Positions 49,301 to 62,833 of a stretch of 64,000 nt of DNA are shown here, in pieces; positions within the stretch are counted from its first letter, which is position 1, and the number at the start of each line of letters is the position of its first letter. Source of the stretch: Phoronis australis (Eukaryota > Animalia > Phoronida). The stretch lies in assembly GCA_002633005.1 (NCBI GenBank), contig NMRA01000013.1, forward strand, positions 380,490 through 444,489, given 5' to 3'. A program made the translations under genes and the position numbers. Below the pieces are notes generated by a model. It worked only from the letters and a program-made list of their open reading frames with translations. It ran no database searches and was not told the origin of the DNA.

Positions 49301-51774
49301 TACCGCTACCTCACTTTACGGTGATTGTTTTTACAATGGTACCAAATTTGGTAGGCTAAGTTACCTTTTTAGACGCCCACAAGCTGTCGTGTACCCGCAT
49401 ATAGTCTGCATCCCGTATATCCACCCGTCCGTCGGTACCTTTCTAGATTTGTCCGTCGATATCCTCCACGTGGCGGATGTCTTTCTGGCACAGACTTCAA
49501 TGGTTGGGAAGAACCGGCAGCAATTGATTTTCGTACAGATTTGACTATAGCGGCATCCTCTGATGCCTGCTTTAGTTTTCGGAAAGAAATATTTTGTTAA
49601 CAAAACGACTGACTTTTAATTGCAAACAAAATTGACCGAAACATGACATTGAGGTATACATGTATTGTGCGAACATACCGACACTAGTTGACTTTTGGAC
49701 TTATTTGAGTGTTCCACACCACCTGTCCGTCGTTCTGGTTGTCGACAAGATAGACTCCTGTATTATTTGTCCACCGAAAAGACTTGTCAGGCTTTGACGA
49801 ACTCAAAATGGAAATATATGGCGGGACCTCGCTGGCCTTAAACGATTTTCGCTCAGCTTTGCCTTCCGAAGTTCAGTAACACTTCCTGTTGGCCATAATG
49901 ATTTTCGTCAAGATTGTGTTACATGTACACTCTTTTACATTGCTACGAAAGGTAGCATTGTGGATTGTTGTTCACTGTGGATTCTCATTGGTTAAAGTAA
50001 TAAAACCGATGCCATAACATTCAGTCATTCCCATTAGTTGAAATCTGGGAAAAACCCTTTCAGTTTACTCTTACGTAATATTGTGACCAGCTTTGAGTTG
50101 AATTGTTGCAATTTATTGAAGTGGGCTGTGATCGAAGTAAAGAAAATCAAGGGAACCCAGATCCAATTACACTGCATAGAAAGCCCGTGCAAGTGGTGGC
50201 GATGTGATCGATAAACTTCCCACCAAGCATGTGCACTGATGCCCACACACGGAATTCAGTGTTTAGTTCGTCAAGTTTCCAGTTCCACAGGGCCACTTTC
50301 CGGTATAGGTGGCGATGTATCAGAGGGTAGGATTGTGCTTGCCTATCCATTTTTGTCAAAATAGTTTAACAGATTTTGATATAACGAGACACAAAAATAT
50401 ATTATGATGGGTGCAGCAAAGTATTAATTCCCGTTAATGCATTTTATTTTTCATGTTCTAAAAATTAACTCGGTTATGAAAGTGTTGTGCGGTCGAATAT
50501 TTGACCAGTGGTGCATCGTTCAAGTTGCTGCCACCTTAGGTGATTATTGCAAGAGATCCTACTGGTTGACTTGGAAACTGACTCATCTGCAATGTATGTA
50601 GCCCCAGTATTTCGGCCAGCGTGTGCATCTGCTCGTAAATTATCCGATTTCTAACAAGATTTTTATAACAGTGACAACTGTATGTACACTTGTAGTACGA
50701 AGTGAAGTTTTTTACTATTTTAGTAATAATACAATGTAATCTTTTAACGAACTTCCAATGAGAATAAACTCTGACCAAAGTTTCTCCCACGAGTACCGGT
50801 TCTGATATTTGAAACCAAACGGGAGATTTTTCGAAATGTGTAGTTTTCGTCTATTTGTTTGTATTGCGTAAACGCATTGAGTTGATCAGAAACGCAGGCG
50901 TAAGGCACTGGAAAGCCGAGTGAGGCGCGATAAAACGTTCTTAAGTGTTTAAAAGTAGCTGACTCTCCGCAAGAACTGTGTTAGCGAACCAATATTTCGT
51001 TGTGGTTTTCTGAATCCGCAAAAGAGCAGGGATGGTTTCAGAGTGACAGAATTGCCAAAGCATGGAAAATACTTGATTTTAATTGCTTTTCAAGCATTGA
51101 TTTATAATTATCTGAAATATTCAAAAGCGTTCCTCTTATGTACACAGGTACACTTGAGTGCTTCGCTTACCATTTTGTCGCTGTATGGTTGGATTGAGTA
51201 TTCATGTTTTCGTGACGAAGTTGACTAGTAAAGTAGGCCTAAGTATTGAAATCAGTTTGTAATTTACAGTGTTGCTAGCACAGTTTATATGTATGGAATG
51301 CAGAGCTGACGTTTTTAAAATTCCTGACTGAAGAATAATTTGCAAGAAGTAAAATATTGCGCTTCATGCACGTTCCTTTATCAGCTGTTCCTAACATTTT
51401 CAAAGCACGAAATTTCAAATTCTCTTGTTCAGTTGAAAGGACACTATCAGCGCAGTTAGGCAATAAAGGCAGGTGCACATAAATATATGATTCATTTGTC
51501 GCTATTACAGTACTGATTTCGAAAGAATTCAACTCCCGGGGTCACTCTCTATCGTCGATCATCCGAGCTTGAATTACATGCCAAAACAAAATGGCGTCAG
51601 CAGAGTAGATATGCAAGGCCGTGCCAAGGTGGTGTTCTGAACCCAAACGTCGCAAATTGTCAACACATTGTCTACTCCATCTAGAAAAAGTGTAAGGTAG
51701 CACTTCTTGTTCTGCAGCTCCCTCCTGATACTACGTTGGTGTTTCCGGTTATATACCTATTTCAATGCCCATAC

Positions 51775-54700
51775 TAGTCGGTGGGCCAGAATTTGTAGGG
51801 CTTATGGTTTTTGTGAGTACTTTAGGGGGGCAATTTTATTTTGGTGTTTTTTAATTCATTTATTAGAGTGTTTTCAAAATCTAAAAAATTCCCACATATA
51901 AAGTTGCACATTTTTGAGAAATTTGAGTTTGAAGTTACCTAATAATCACCAAAGAGCTTAGTAAACTTACATTTGTAAAAACAACAGTTTTGGTTGGTGA
52001 CTTTTTTGTAAAACAAGTAATATGGTCCCATCAGTGCCATTGTATTGAAGAATATTACACTCACATTACATGTTTTACTATTGTAGATTAATTGTAAACA
52101 GTGAAATTTAAAAAATATAAAGAGACACGTAGTGGCAAAAATGCAAACTAAGTCTGAATGATACTAGGAAGTTATTCTGGCATTGTATGGCAACAAAATT
52201 AACACAAAACACTAGAGAAAGGGCAAAATTTGTGCCTCAATGACTAAAACATTGACTAATGGTGTAAAATACAGCTTGTTTGCATAATACACCAGAAATA
52301 CGTTATAGTACAAAAACAATGTAGTTGAATGATCTCTGTGAATGTGCACACAGACTGTATGAAAATAATAGATTATTCTGACGGCGTTTATCAAGCAGTA
52401 TGAGACAAATACATAACAATGATCAAAGTATGTACTTTCTATGACTTAATGAACAAATAAAATTAACTTTTTAATACAAAAAAACGAAATAACGGGGTTG
52501 GAGGTATATTTAGGCTCGATTTGTCAAAGAACTATCCAATGTTATGCAGTCAGTGTTGCTGATGTTACTACAGTTGTCACAGTTGCACATTTCTGTACAG
52601 TTTGACCCAGCATTGCAGCACAAACTCAGTTTCCCAGCACACATGTTCTTTTTGCACTTGCAGCGTTCATCGTTTAGTACTGTCAATGGAGATGCGGGCA
52701 TTGCCATACATTTTAACTGCAAAGCTCTACCGCCAAGGAGCCAACTATGGTCGATTAGAGAGGGTACAGCACTGCACACTGGTGATTGGCCCGCAGGCAA
52801 TGAAGGGTCAAACACTAAGTCCTTGTTTGGAGGCGGGGAGGATTTGGGCAAACGTTTTATTCAAAATATGTTATAATGGGCTGTGTTAATTAGAGTCAGC
52901 AAGTGAATTATTGAACACTAGCCTCAATTCACTTTCGTATCTCTTAGTCGGGCACAAACTACAATAGTGAGTAGCTTCAACAATATTTTTTAAGACTGCC
53001 TGTCCAAATAACTTCATGCACACCAGCTTTCTGAAGAACAGCTTCAAAGTCTTGCTTTAGTTTGGAACGGCAAATGACATCTCCATGTGCTAGAAGCTTT
53101 GATTCAATGAACTCCAAACAAAACTGTAGAAAAACATCTATGAAAACTGCGGATTCGTCACTCTTCACAGTCGTTGTCTTTCTATTTTTTATAGAATGAT
53201 GATCTGTGGTACTTGGCTTCTAAGACACAAGGTCTTTATCTTTGAATTTCATTTGCGTATTCAGTGCTCTGGACTGAGCTGTTGCTTGGGATACAAGTCC
53301 AACTGAAAAAAACCCGAACTGTTAACACTAATTTAACATTCAAATATGAGTGAGTTGGCATGCAACTTTTTCAGATGGACTTATCAGGAACTGATCCACC
53401 ACCAGCCTAACAAATTTACATGCCATCTGATCTGTCGCCTCAAAATGTTCATTGTCTAAAAATTAGATTAGTTGATGCAACTGAAAATAAATCAGCTGAT
53501 ATACCAGTGCAGTGATTGAAATTAAATTTTTTTAAATCAGATGCTCAATCGATTTACAATTAAGGTAATCGACCTTTGACGAAATGGACAGTGGCTTCCA
53601 TTGTCCTCAAATTACGACGGGGACGATGGCCACTTAGGCACTTTAATTTAAGTATCATTGGAGCTACCTAAGTAGTTAATGTTTACAAGAAATTGAGAAG
53701 AGGTTCCCCCTATCCCAGGACTACGGCAAGGGATGACGGCCACTTGGGCATGTGGTTTGCAACCATCTACTCAATTTAACCTTCTCAAAAATTTTTGACT
53801 TAAAGTGCTTTAAAATCACACCCACACTATAACTCCATATGATTATCCCTTAGCGCAAGCAGTGTCGATGTGGCTACTGAACAATGGCGTGTTCAAAAAC
53901 AGGATTGCAGGAGTACATGTATTTGTTTAAACTGGGAACAAATGAAAACATTAACGACTTCCTCAGAGGCATCTCTCTACGCGGTACTTCTAAACTTATA
54001 GGAACATAATTTGCCGAAAAACATCCGGCATATGGAGTACCTATGGTATGACCACCGTCTCTACTGGGTCAGCGGTATTGTCTAAGGCCTAGGCAGCCAA
54101 TAGGCTGAACAAGTTAAAAAAACAACTGGTGATAATACTGAAACACACATGGAAATATACTTTTCCTGCTAACAAATGATGCACTCATGTTTCAGAATGT
54201 TCCTATCTTGTTCAGGTTAATTGGGTGTTTCAGATTTTGGAAGTATTATTGATTTTCTTGGGAAATCTTGGATAACATCTGCATCACTTTCAGCAACTTC
54301 AGCTTTACTACTTCTGCTGGTGCCTTGAAACGTTGCTATGCTGTTCTATGTCCTTTCAATTTTTGGTCTGACACTTGCTCAAGAGTATACTGTGTAGGCT
54401 ATACCAGGACATCCAGCTGTTTTCTGCACAAACGTTTGTGACACCTCTTCTTCTTTTAGATCTACTGATCTACAGAGTTCCACAGTCCATCAGCTTTCGT
54501 CAGGAAGGTTTCCTAAGCTTCTTTAGGCTCTGACATCACAATTTTGTGCTGTTTGATAAACTTTGAATTATACAGGCATCACACTCCATGGGAGCAGCCA
54601 TATTGAAGTAACTAAGCACAACAATACAATCTGGCTCTCTGATTGGTCAATTCAATAGAAAAGCGCCACCAAGTGGCAGGAATGTGCATCATATTTTGTA

Positions 54701-54931
54701 CAACAAAAACACCTTTTTTAAAAAAAATGTGCAAGTGTAGACGTGGGAACTTTTTGGAATTTGATTTATAGGTATATTATCTAGCCACATAGANAAAAAA
54801 ATGTGCAAGTGTAGACGTGGTAACTTTGGAATTTGATTTATAGGTATATTATCTAGTCACATACAAAAAACTAGGTTGCCCCCCCAAAGTACTCACAAGG
54901 ATGAACCCTATGAGATCTGGCCCACCGACTA
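51775..54931 (-). mobile_element. Academ DNA transposon, internally deleted
   Basis: ~57-bp imperfect TIRs starting TAGTCGGTGGGCCAGA, with 3-bp TSD TAC (51772-51774, 54932-54934). Transposase remnants DLV.LEAKYHRS (~53235-53200) and the Cys-rich C-terminus CKCKKNMC...CC...CTEMCNCDNCSN (~52665-52562). Confidence 0.9.
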
Positions 54932-55949
54932 TACAACACCAGCAGAAGATTTAAATTCGGCAGCCAGCTCGACATGTCGGTGTTCACTAATAGCAGAGAT
55001 TAGACGGTTCTCCGACTGTTGGTCGTTTAGTGGCCGCCAATTTGGAATGATAGGCTATGTAAGCTCCCGAGGACTCATACACTCAAGCGATTTCGTAAGA
55101 AACTTGGTATACTGACCGCCGGCTACCCTGAATAAACAAGAACAAGATCAAGTAAAAGGGTTATGTAAAAGCGAATTCAAAGTAATGTGGATAATATAGA
55201 GTCATGTCACACAAATCTAAAGTAAATGTCCAATTCTTTCCTTAAGAACATCGACTTCTCCTGATAAAAGCGGCAATGAGAACTTGTTGTCGTATGGGAG
55301 AGCCGAAATTGCCGTGATCAGGCTGCTCCTCACTGGGAATGTTTTGCTGCACGTGGTCTCAGTGATGATTTGGCCAATACAATTCAGTCGTTCCTGTCTT
55401 ACAGCCACAGGATTTTGAGTATTGCCGTTGTTGCAGATGAATTGTGCATGTACGACCCTGCATGTTGAAAGTTTTCTCACATTAGCACCATATACCCGTT
55501 AATGTAGGCCTATGTAACTGTCGTCAGTGTCGGTGATGGAGTCCGCGATTACGCATGAGTTACGGCAATTGCATTCATCACTTCAGTCACTTCCGCCTGT
55601 GTCGGTGAAGCCTGAGCAGCAGCAGTCAGGCCAACAGATTCCACTTGTCATTATCGACATCTAACCCATGTTTCTCGTCTCGACGGTAAGATGGGCCGAC
55701 ATCAAAAGCCTAACCATTACAACATTTATCCCGGCCCTGAGTAGTTCTCAAATATTCAGTCTCGATGATGAGTGTTAGCGATGACGAAGTGACAACAATT
55801 GTGTCGACAGATTCGGCTTACCATGGAGACTTCTATTTTTAACGTGAATCAGTTTCAGTGGTGAGTGAATACCGAAAATAAATTCGACTGGAAGTTAAAC
55901 TTAAAACTGCAATTATTGTTATATTGCAGTGTGTTTCACTGTCGTCGAT

Positions 55950-56340
55950 GTCGGTGAAGACATGCAATGATGACGGAGGACCTTGGGTTATTGGGACGAC
56001 AGATTCGACTACCCCGAGGCGCCATCTGTGGATCATCTATTGCCGTCTTGTGGGTGTCGATGGTGACGAGTGTCAACAGTTCGGCTAACAAATTCGACTT
56101 GTCTTTGATGTGTGTTAGCGTCGCTGATGGCAAGCCATGTACGTTCCCCCGAATGATTAACATTATTAGCAAACCTTCCTGTCCTCGGCGTCGTTACTGA
56201 AGGACATGAAGACCGTAAACAATTGACGTTCATGTCACCGACCATAACACTTGGGCACTCACGATAAGTACGGAAATAAGCGACCACGCAATCAGTCATG
56301 TTGCTCGTTTTCTTGACTTTCGTCCTGTTGGTACGCAACA
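55950..56340 (-). mobile_element. Decayed AP-endonuclease remnant (Helentron- or LINE-type)
   Basis: PSVMVGDMNVNCL, LVTIDTH.TAID and GVVES pieces in order, frameshifted. Confidence 0.4.
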
Positions 56341-57439
56341 TTCAAGTCGATTCCTGTTTCATGGGTCATACACTTCTATCGGTCTCGATAATTTAGATTC
56401 TTACAAGGTCCTGGATGACTTACTTGTTGACAAATGAGCAAACAGGGTTCCCCGTCAAGGAAGAATTGGAGGCTACCCGAATGCAAAGAGACATTGAAAT
56501 TGGTTCTCCGTTGCTTACTTATAAGTCATCCTGTATGTTACCTAAAGGCATCGTCACAATTAGACATATCAGTCACAGATTTTCAATGGATGACTACCGT
56601 TTTCAACTTGACTGATCCTCAAACTCACGTCTTGTTCAATTTCATGTATAAAATCGACAACTACGAACAGAAGTTGAGTAGAGTGTTTCGTAAGTTTGTT
56701 AACGAGCTCGATGCAGTTTCAGCTCATTCCGTTGCTCTCTCTCTCAATTAAGTATTGGTGGGTGATACTATAGGGATTTCAGCTCGACAGACAATGAACG
56801 TTCCAGACCTAGTTATTTGCCACTCAATATGCACATCTCGGGAAAAATATCCCAATACCATGCACTAACAGAACGAATGGCACAACAGTTTGTTCAATTG
56901 GTGAAAAAAGATTACAGCTTGTAGGAAAGTTATTGCGTTGATGAGGTTAATAAGAAGGCGCTGTTAATGAGAGTGTCCTTGTGGACCGTGACGAGGAAGA
57001 TTGACAGCCTTGAATTGAAGCAAAATGACGCCTTTATTTCCTGGGTTATGGCAGATGGAAAAATTGGTTCAGTTACGTTCAAAAGTTAGTACAACTTAAA
57101 ATTGATCTGCCCACCTTGAGTAACTAAATAGAAGATGGCAGAGTGTCGTCAATGATTGCCAGTACATGCATGTCCATTTATATCTGTTTCGACCCTTTGT
57201 GTCCATTTTGACTGATTGTGTTTATTTCTATCAGTTGAGTAGGTTTCAGTCCACTTTAGTCTGAATTTAAAAATAATTTCTGTTTTATAGCTGTGGCTCA
57301 AAGCGACCATTAATGTCTAAGCCCTTATGCTGAAGTGGACATAATGGGTCATTTGGTTTAAAATATTGTGTTCTGATAATGTAGACAACCGTCCAAAATC
57401 AGCAACTTTACCTTTGATGGCAAGGTCGCGGTAGAAAGC

Positions 57440-58090
57440 AAACATTCGTGGTCAAAGTGTATGTACTTACAATGACCCTCCTTAAAACTTGGGGGTTTCC
57501 AAGTTGAATTCACGCCGTTACCATGGGAACCAGATATTTTGCCTTCAAAATCCATCAATTCCAGGTTGACGGCAAAGTCATGTTTGAAGTGGGCCATCAT
57601 GCCCAAAGTTGGTGTAATATTTCGGTTGTACGTAAGTGCAGAGTTGTTGATAAGCTGAAATGCATATATTTACCATGGTAACCAGGTATTTTGACAGTCA
57701 AGGTCACCAGTTTGAGGCTTGGTGGCAATAAGGCTCAGTGCATTTTACTGACCCTCCCTAACAACCTACCGAAATAAAAAATACGCGCAACTAATGGAAT
57801 TTGTTTCCATAAATTAATTAGGAAAAGCTGGTGTGTCAAAACCTGTAGCATAATTTTCAATATCCAAAAAGGATACCATGGAAACTAATGCAATTAAGCC
57901 TGTTAACTGCTTTTAACTACATAAAAAACTGCTTACAGTAGATTGAATTATCAAAGCAAATGCTTTGATTTCATCAAAAGTGTGTAATAATTACTAATAC
58001 CGGTAGGATAAATAAAAAAGGTTGCCATGACTGCGGGTATGCAGTTTAAATCACAAGCATTTTAAACACGGTCGGTGGCATTAAGCACAG
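57440..58090. repeat. Old interspersed repeat rich in GTTnCCATGGnAAC palindromes; homolog at ~62490-63075
   Basis: Shared blocks GTAGCATAATTTT..TCCAAAAA.GG.T.CCATGG and TTGCCATGACTGCG..TATGC...ATCACA.GCATT. Confidence 0.65.
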
Positions 58091-58798
58091 TGTTTTCGTG
58101 AATAGAAGCAATGGTTGTTTAGATCGTTTTTTGCCTCCTTGTCCAGAGATTACCATTACATTATAAAGAAAACTTCGTCCTTATCTCATATGTGTTACAA
58201 TTACAAATGACATCTACTACAAAAATGTTGCTAGCGTAGTCCTGATTTTGTTATCAATCGATTTTCCATGTTTTCCTCCAGAGTGCATGGAGATAGTTGA
58301 ATAGCACAAGTTCAAACTGACCAAAATTTCAGAAGATGTCAAATAATTTGGTATGGTTTTTCCATCTCCCAAAATGCTAACTGTTGTTTCGAAACTCCAC
58401 TTCTATTCCTCTCAAACATTTGCCATTTAAGTTGAACTCTAATAAGTGCTAACCCTTTTGTGTGCAAATACAGTCACAGTTACAGTTACATGTACTGTAC
58501 GCATGAGAAGCGTCAACGGCATTGATACAGATTCTGTTAGCCAGCAAGCATGGACTAAAACAGTGGGCAGGATGTATGTTGGGCTATATTGCAATGAGTG
58601 TTCACAATATATCGACAGTTCGGGCAGATGTTAAGGTTGTTTTCACATATACAATTTAAGTTTCAGCAAAATGATTTTTGTTTATTGGTGTTCAAGTGTT
58701 GGTTAAAGCACGCCCTTCCTGTATTTACTTTTATTTCGGCTCTCTAGATACACATGTAGTCTATCTCGGTATCAATGGTTTGTGCGACACCGTGCGTG

Positions 58799-58939
58799 CG
58801 TTCAGTAGACGCTAGGACCTACGCTAGGACCTAGCTAAAAGCTAGTCAAAGTCACGTGTTCTCATTCAAAATGCACGGCAATATCTCACGTAATCTCGCG
58901 AAGTCTTGCCTTTTAGCGAGGTCCTAGCGTTACTGAACG
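58799..58939. mobile_element. Small MITE/hairpin
   Basis: CGTTCAGTA(G)ACGCTAGGACCT ... AGGTCCTAGCGTTACTGAACG inverted repeat. Confidence 0.65.
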
Positions 58940-59189
58940 GGAGGCAGGTGTGTGTGTTCCGCAGACGCGAGAATAATCGCGCAAAGCAAGATCACCCAGG
59001 ACTTGGCGAGATATTGCCGTGTACACATGTATTTCTTACCAGCAAAACACGGGATCACGCTAGCTTCCTTAGCAAGATTCTTGAGCCTATTAGAGATCTC
59101 GACCCTGGATATTGAGTATCAAAGTCGCACTCATTTGTACAGTGTATAGCTCCACCATTGACTGCTCTTGATTTCTTTCGCCGATTCTG

Positions 59190-60294
59190 GGGCCCGTTTC
59201 ATGATCCTGTTTCGGTGTTAACTTAAACCAAAATCGGGCCAATCCAGACCAATTTTTTTTAGCTCCGTTCCATGAAATTTCTTAAGACTCAAAATAGAAA
59301 ATTAAGATCAAAATCAGTCCAAACCACGAACTGCTTTGGACCTGTCTTAAAGCCTGCATTTTTTACTAAATTGACCAAAATTTACAACCGAAATCACTGT
59401 AAACAGTTGAGCAAGTCATGTTTTGATAGTTTTCTCAATGTTTTACAATTTAATGACCCGATATTGAAGATCGCCTGATTCTAGAACCGACAAAGCACCG
59501 TAGAGCTATTGCAGCTCGACTTACCGGCACATCTGAATTGACACTTTCCAGCTATATCGGAGTCTGTCCTCAAATGTAAAAGAAATCCCCAGTAGAGAGT
59601 TTCAAGACCATGATATCGTTCTTGAAACCAGAGTTCACACATCTCAGTTGCGTGAATTCTTAAGTGGTGTTTGAGGTGAAATTGTAGTTAATATATTTAC
59701 ATTGTTTCATATGGCAAAAATGACTTTATAATGTTTTGTCTTTGATGTTGAAGTGGCGTAGAACGCGAAGAACAGGCTAAATTGCTTTATTTAGGATTTT
59801 TTCTGTAGATTTAAATTTCAAGAAGAACATCTGTCAACTGCTCGTCACGTTGTCAATTTTTAATTTCTCCAATGCGGCAAAGCACGTCTCCTTATTTGGT
59901 ATGGCAAATCATAGACCTAGCAAATTTCCCTAAGATAGAAAGTGTGACCTTTGCCCTTTGAGGTAAACTAAACAAAACCAGCCGGCAGTCTGACTTTTTA
60001 GAGCGCATGAGCGCATACATGCATGTACATGTATTATTATGGGCGGAAAATTTGAAAACTGTATTGAGATGAAAGAGTTTTTATTGTGTTTGCGTTTCAA
60101 AAATAGTGAATCTGACGATTTTTCCTAAACATCCATGTAACATTCGTAATTAATAACTCTCACTCATTTCCGAGCCAAGTATTTGTTAACATGTATTTTT
60201 ACGAGTTTTCGCGTTTCACGTCTCTTTAAAATAACCCGAATTTTGCTCTTAACTAGTAGACAGTGGTTTTAAATCATTTTCATGAAACGGAAAA
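59190..60294. mobile_element. PIF/Harbinger-type non-autonomous element
   Basis: Left end GGGCCCGTTTCATGA and right end TCATGAAACGG, with CTG on both flanks (CWG-type 3-bp TSD). The right terminal 4 nt have diverged. Confidence 0.55.
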
Positions 60295-62540
60295 CTGATT
60301 GGTTTTCGATGACGACTTCCAACTAATGCACCAATCACGTATGTCACAAACAGGTGAAGTCAGTCAAGCGCAGCCAATGTGTTCTAAGGTTTCATTGCTA
60401 GGCAAATTTAGAGTTACTGGGAGAGTTTTGACGTTAGTGGAGTTTCAGTTTACTAGTAATACATAGTTCAACTTCGCAATTTACCAGCTAACTTGTTTGT
60501 AATTCATTAGCTGTTTAATATTTAGTAATTTACAGATTGATTGCCCTTGTGGACAAGGTCATTTTCGCGTTCAGCTTGGGCGTTGTTTATTCTCTCAGAC
60601 CTTAATTAGTTTGTTTTCCTGAGTATGTAATCGTTAATGTGATCTACAATGGGTTTCTTTTTAGCTTGTTTTTGTAGATTGTCAAAAAACGAGACAAGTA
60701 GAAAGAACGATTTGCAAATGCATCACCAAAGAAATAAACGGCTTACCAATGTGACTCTTTTCGTTTGTATGGCATATTCGCGTCTTCCTCTACTGCATTT
60801 GGCATTTACACTGTCCACTACTGGAAACAGTATTGTTACACACTTCCACTTATAGTTGGCAGGATTATGAAGCCTGCCCTCCACCCCCTATTACCACGAC
60901 AAACACACAAACACGTGTATGGACAATGCCTTCGAAAATAGTGATTGCTCCCTTCATGTTCTTGAAAGATCCTACTGTAGATCCGCGGTGCGAGATTACT
61001 TACATGTTTATGACAGTACACAAAATGTTCCTACATTGTAAGTATATAATTACAGTGGACATTGGATGTATATATTCAGCGATTCCAGTAAGGAATCAGG
61101 TAGACAACAATGCCCTTGTAAACGTTCGAGGATCCCGGCAATTGGGAACACTGCAAGAGACAACAGTATTGCTGAGCAGACCGGTTAGTATCAGGCTTAT
61201 AATAAGCTTCTGAACACCGCTGCCACCAAAATGTAGAAAATGGTGTTTGTGGATTTTTGAAGTAACTGAATGTACATGTAGGCCCACGCAGTAGTAAATA
61301 TCCACCAAAGGCTGGTTACACTGAACACGGCTTACGCACCAGTGAACACACTTCATGAAGTAGCTTCAAGGACCTGTAAACTTACTACACAGACTCGCAA
61401 ACGCGGTCCAGCACTAAAAACATGACTTAGTTTTAACTATCTACTAGTTAAAAACAAGTTTTGTGTTACATCGTCCCCTGATCAGTTCGTGGAATACAGG
61501 GACCGACAGCGAAAAAGTTCGTCGACACCTAATTGCAGAATTCGGTCAGGAATACAATTGACGCCGGATAGAGTCCACCAGACTGATGAGGACATACGAA
61601 GTAAACCACTAAGACAATCGACCGCAATAAATTTTATTATATTAAGTTGTTGATGCCTAACGTATGTGAAGTGATTCCTTATATTGCCAACATGTTTATG
61701 CTTTTACCTCAAAGGAAATTTTAAGTAATTGTTTGACACAACGCTTTCAATGGATTGATGATTGCGTACCGTTATAGGGTGTTTGATACACGTACATGCA
61801 CATGACAATCGTGACGCTGAGTTTCTAAGCATGTAATGTACAATTGTAATGTATAAACATCGTGTTTCCAAGCGTGTGTATATTAGCGCCCTCTGCGGAA
61901 CGAAAACAGAATAAAATATGGTCGCTTGTGCAATGTACTTTTGGAAAGTAGGCATTGTATTGTGTCGCTGGGTTTTGCGTGGCAATGAGCACACCATTCT
62001 GTAGAAAATACTGCGTACAAAGTATTGACTCATTTCGCCTCCAAAGAGATACACATGATCACGGAAACTTCATCCTGTCTCAGGCTTTTACTCTTTCACT
62101 TTAATCGACAAACGGAACACAAAAATGTGTCAAAAAACAAAATCACTGCAGCATCAATTTTAAGCTAGATGGCAGTCACTGTGAGGCGGATAAGCATGCT
62201 CAACTCGTTTTAGTGTCGCTACTTAAAGCACTAGGGAACTTTCCAAGCTTAAAGGTATTTAGGAATTAACAATATACTGTAACTAAGCTGCATACAAAAT
62301 TAACGACGAAACTGCGTGTTTGATTTTCCAGTAGAACAAGTCTAATAATACAAAAACGGATGACAGGGCAACTCAGGTAGACTGTGGACATGGAAGCAAC
62401 CTATATAACACCATAAAAGCTTCGTGCAGTTAACGCTATACATATAGATTTATATAAACCAATTACTCAAATCAAATACTGACGGGTACTATGTCGAAAC
62501 CCAGTAGCATAATTTTGAAAGTCCAAAAACGGTTCCCATG

Positions 62541-62833
62541 CAGTGGCGGATTTAGGGGGGGCCAAGGGGTAAATGCCCCCCTAAAATTCTACCGGAAACT
62601 ATTTGGGAGTTCGGGTGCGCGCGAGCAGGGGCTCGTTGGGGGGTGAATAAACAATGCATTGGCCCTGAGCAAACTGAACAAACTCAGTTTACCGTTTTTT
62701 TAGTCAACAGGTCCGCAACCCCAAACATTCGAGGCCTCTGCGTCCCCACATTTTAGGGCGCGCGCATCTGCCGAAATTCTGGTTATTCCCTTGCCCTGGC
62801 CCTCCCTAACTCAAAATCCTGGATCCGCCCCTG
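62541..62833 (+). mobile_element. MITE family A (long variant)
   Basis: CAGTGGCGGATTTAG ... CCTGGATCCGCCCCTG with a perfect 5-bp TSD CCATG (62536-62540, 62834-62838). Confidence 0.9.

Larger units (their letters stand above)
43900..55480 (-). pseudogene. Decayed NLR gene (death domain - NACHT - LRR), interrupted by transposons
   Basis: DD-like NWRPLN..SENRLISAISEHRHVELAAEF (~55050-54950). NACHT motifs in order: YIYVHL (~51480), Walker-A remnant GTADKG-T (51391-51371), AIKIKYFPC..VTLKP (~51080-51033), GF (51017-51012), YExxHTLAE..GATYIA (50637-50588), RWQQLERCTTG (50536-50504). LRR remnants: TTLQSMELS, CQLRHVNLS, QLEDVLIGFNEV, an 88-nt exon 47378-47291 (LALKGHTQL), LVTNDNFLKTL and CKVGAEGFAEHA (~43960-43925). 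Confidence 0.7.

Noticed and set aside
50030-50480. Mab-21/cGAS-like (cGLR) pseudogene suggested by RVNF.EHEK...CL..K...TY.K.ALW-like pieces
   Set aside because: The segment directly follows the NACHT winged-helix and HD2 motifs on the same strand, so it is more simply the post-NACHT region. No convincing nucleotidyltransferase catalytic motif was found.
54720-54865. ~70-bp tandem duplication inside the Academ element
   Set aside because: The copies abut the N at 54794, so this is most likely a contig-overlap artefact.
61578-61612. Second hammerhead (CTGATGAGGAC...AAAC)
   Set aside because: The stem II 3' strand and the GAAA core are incomplete, so it is at best a decayed remnant.
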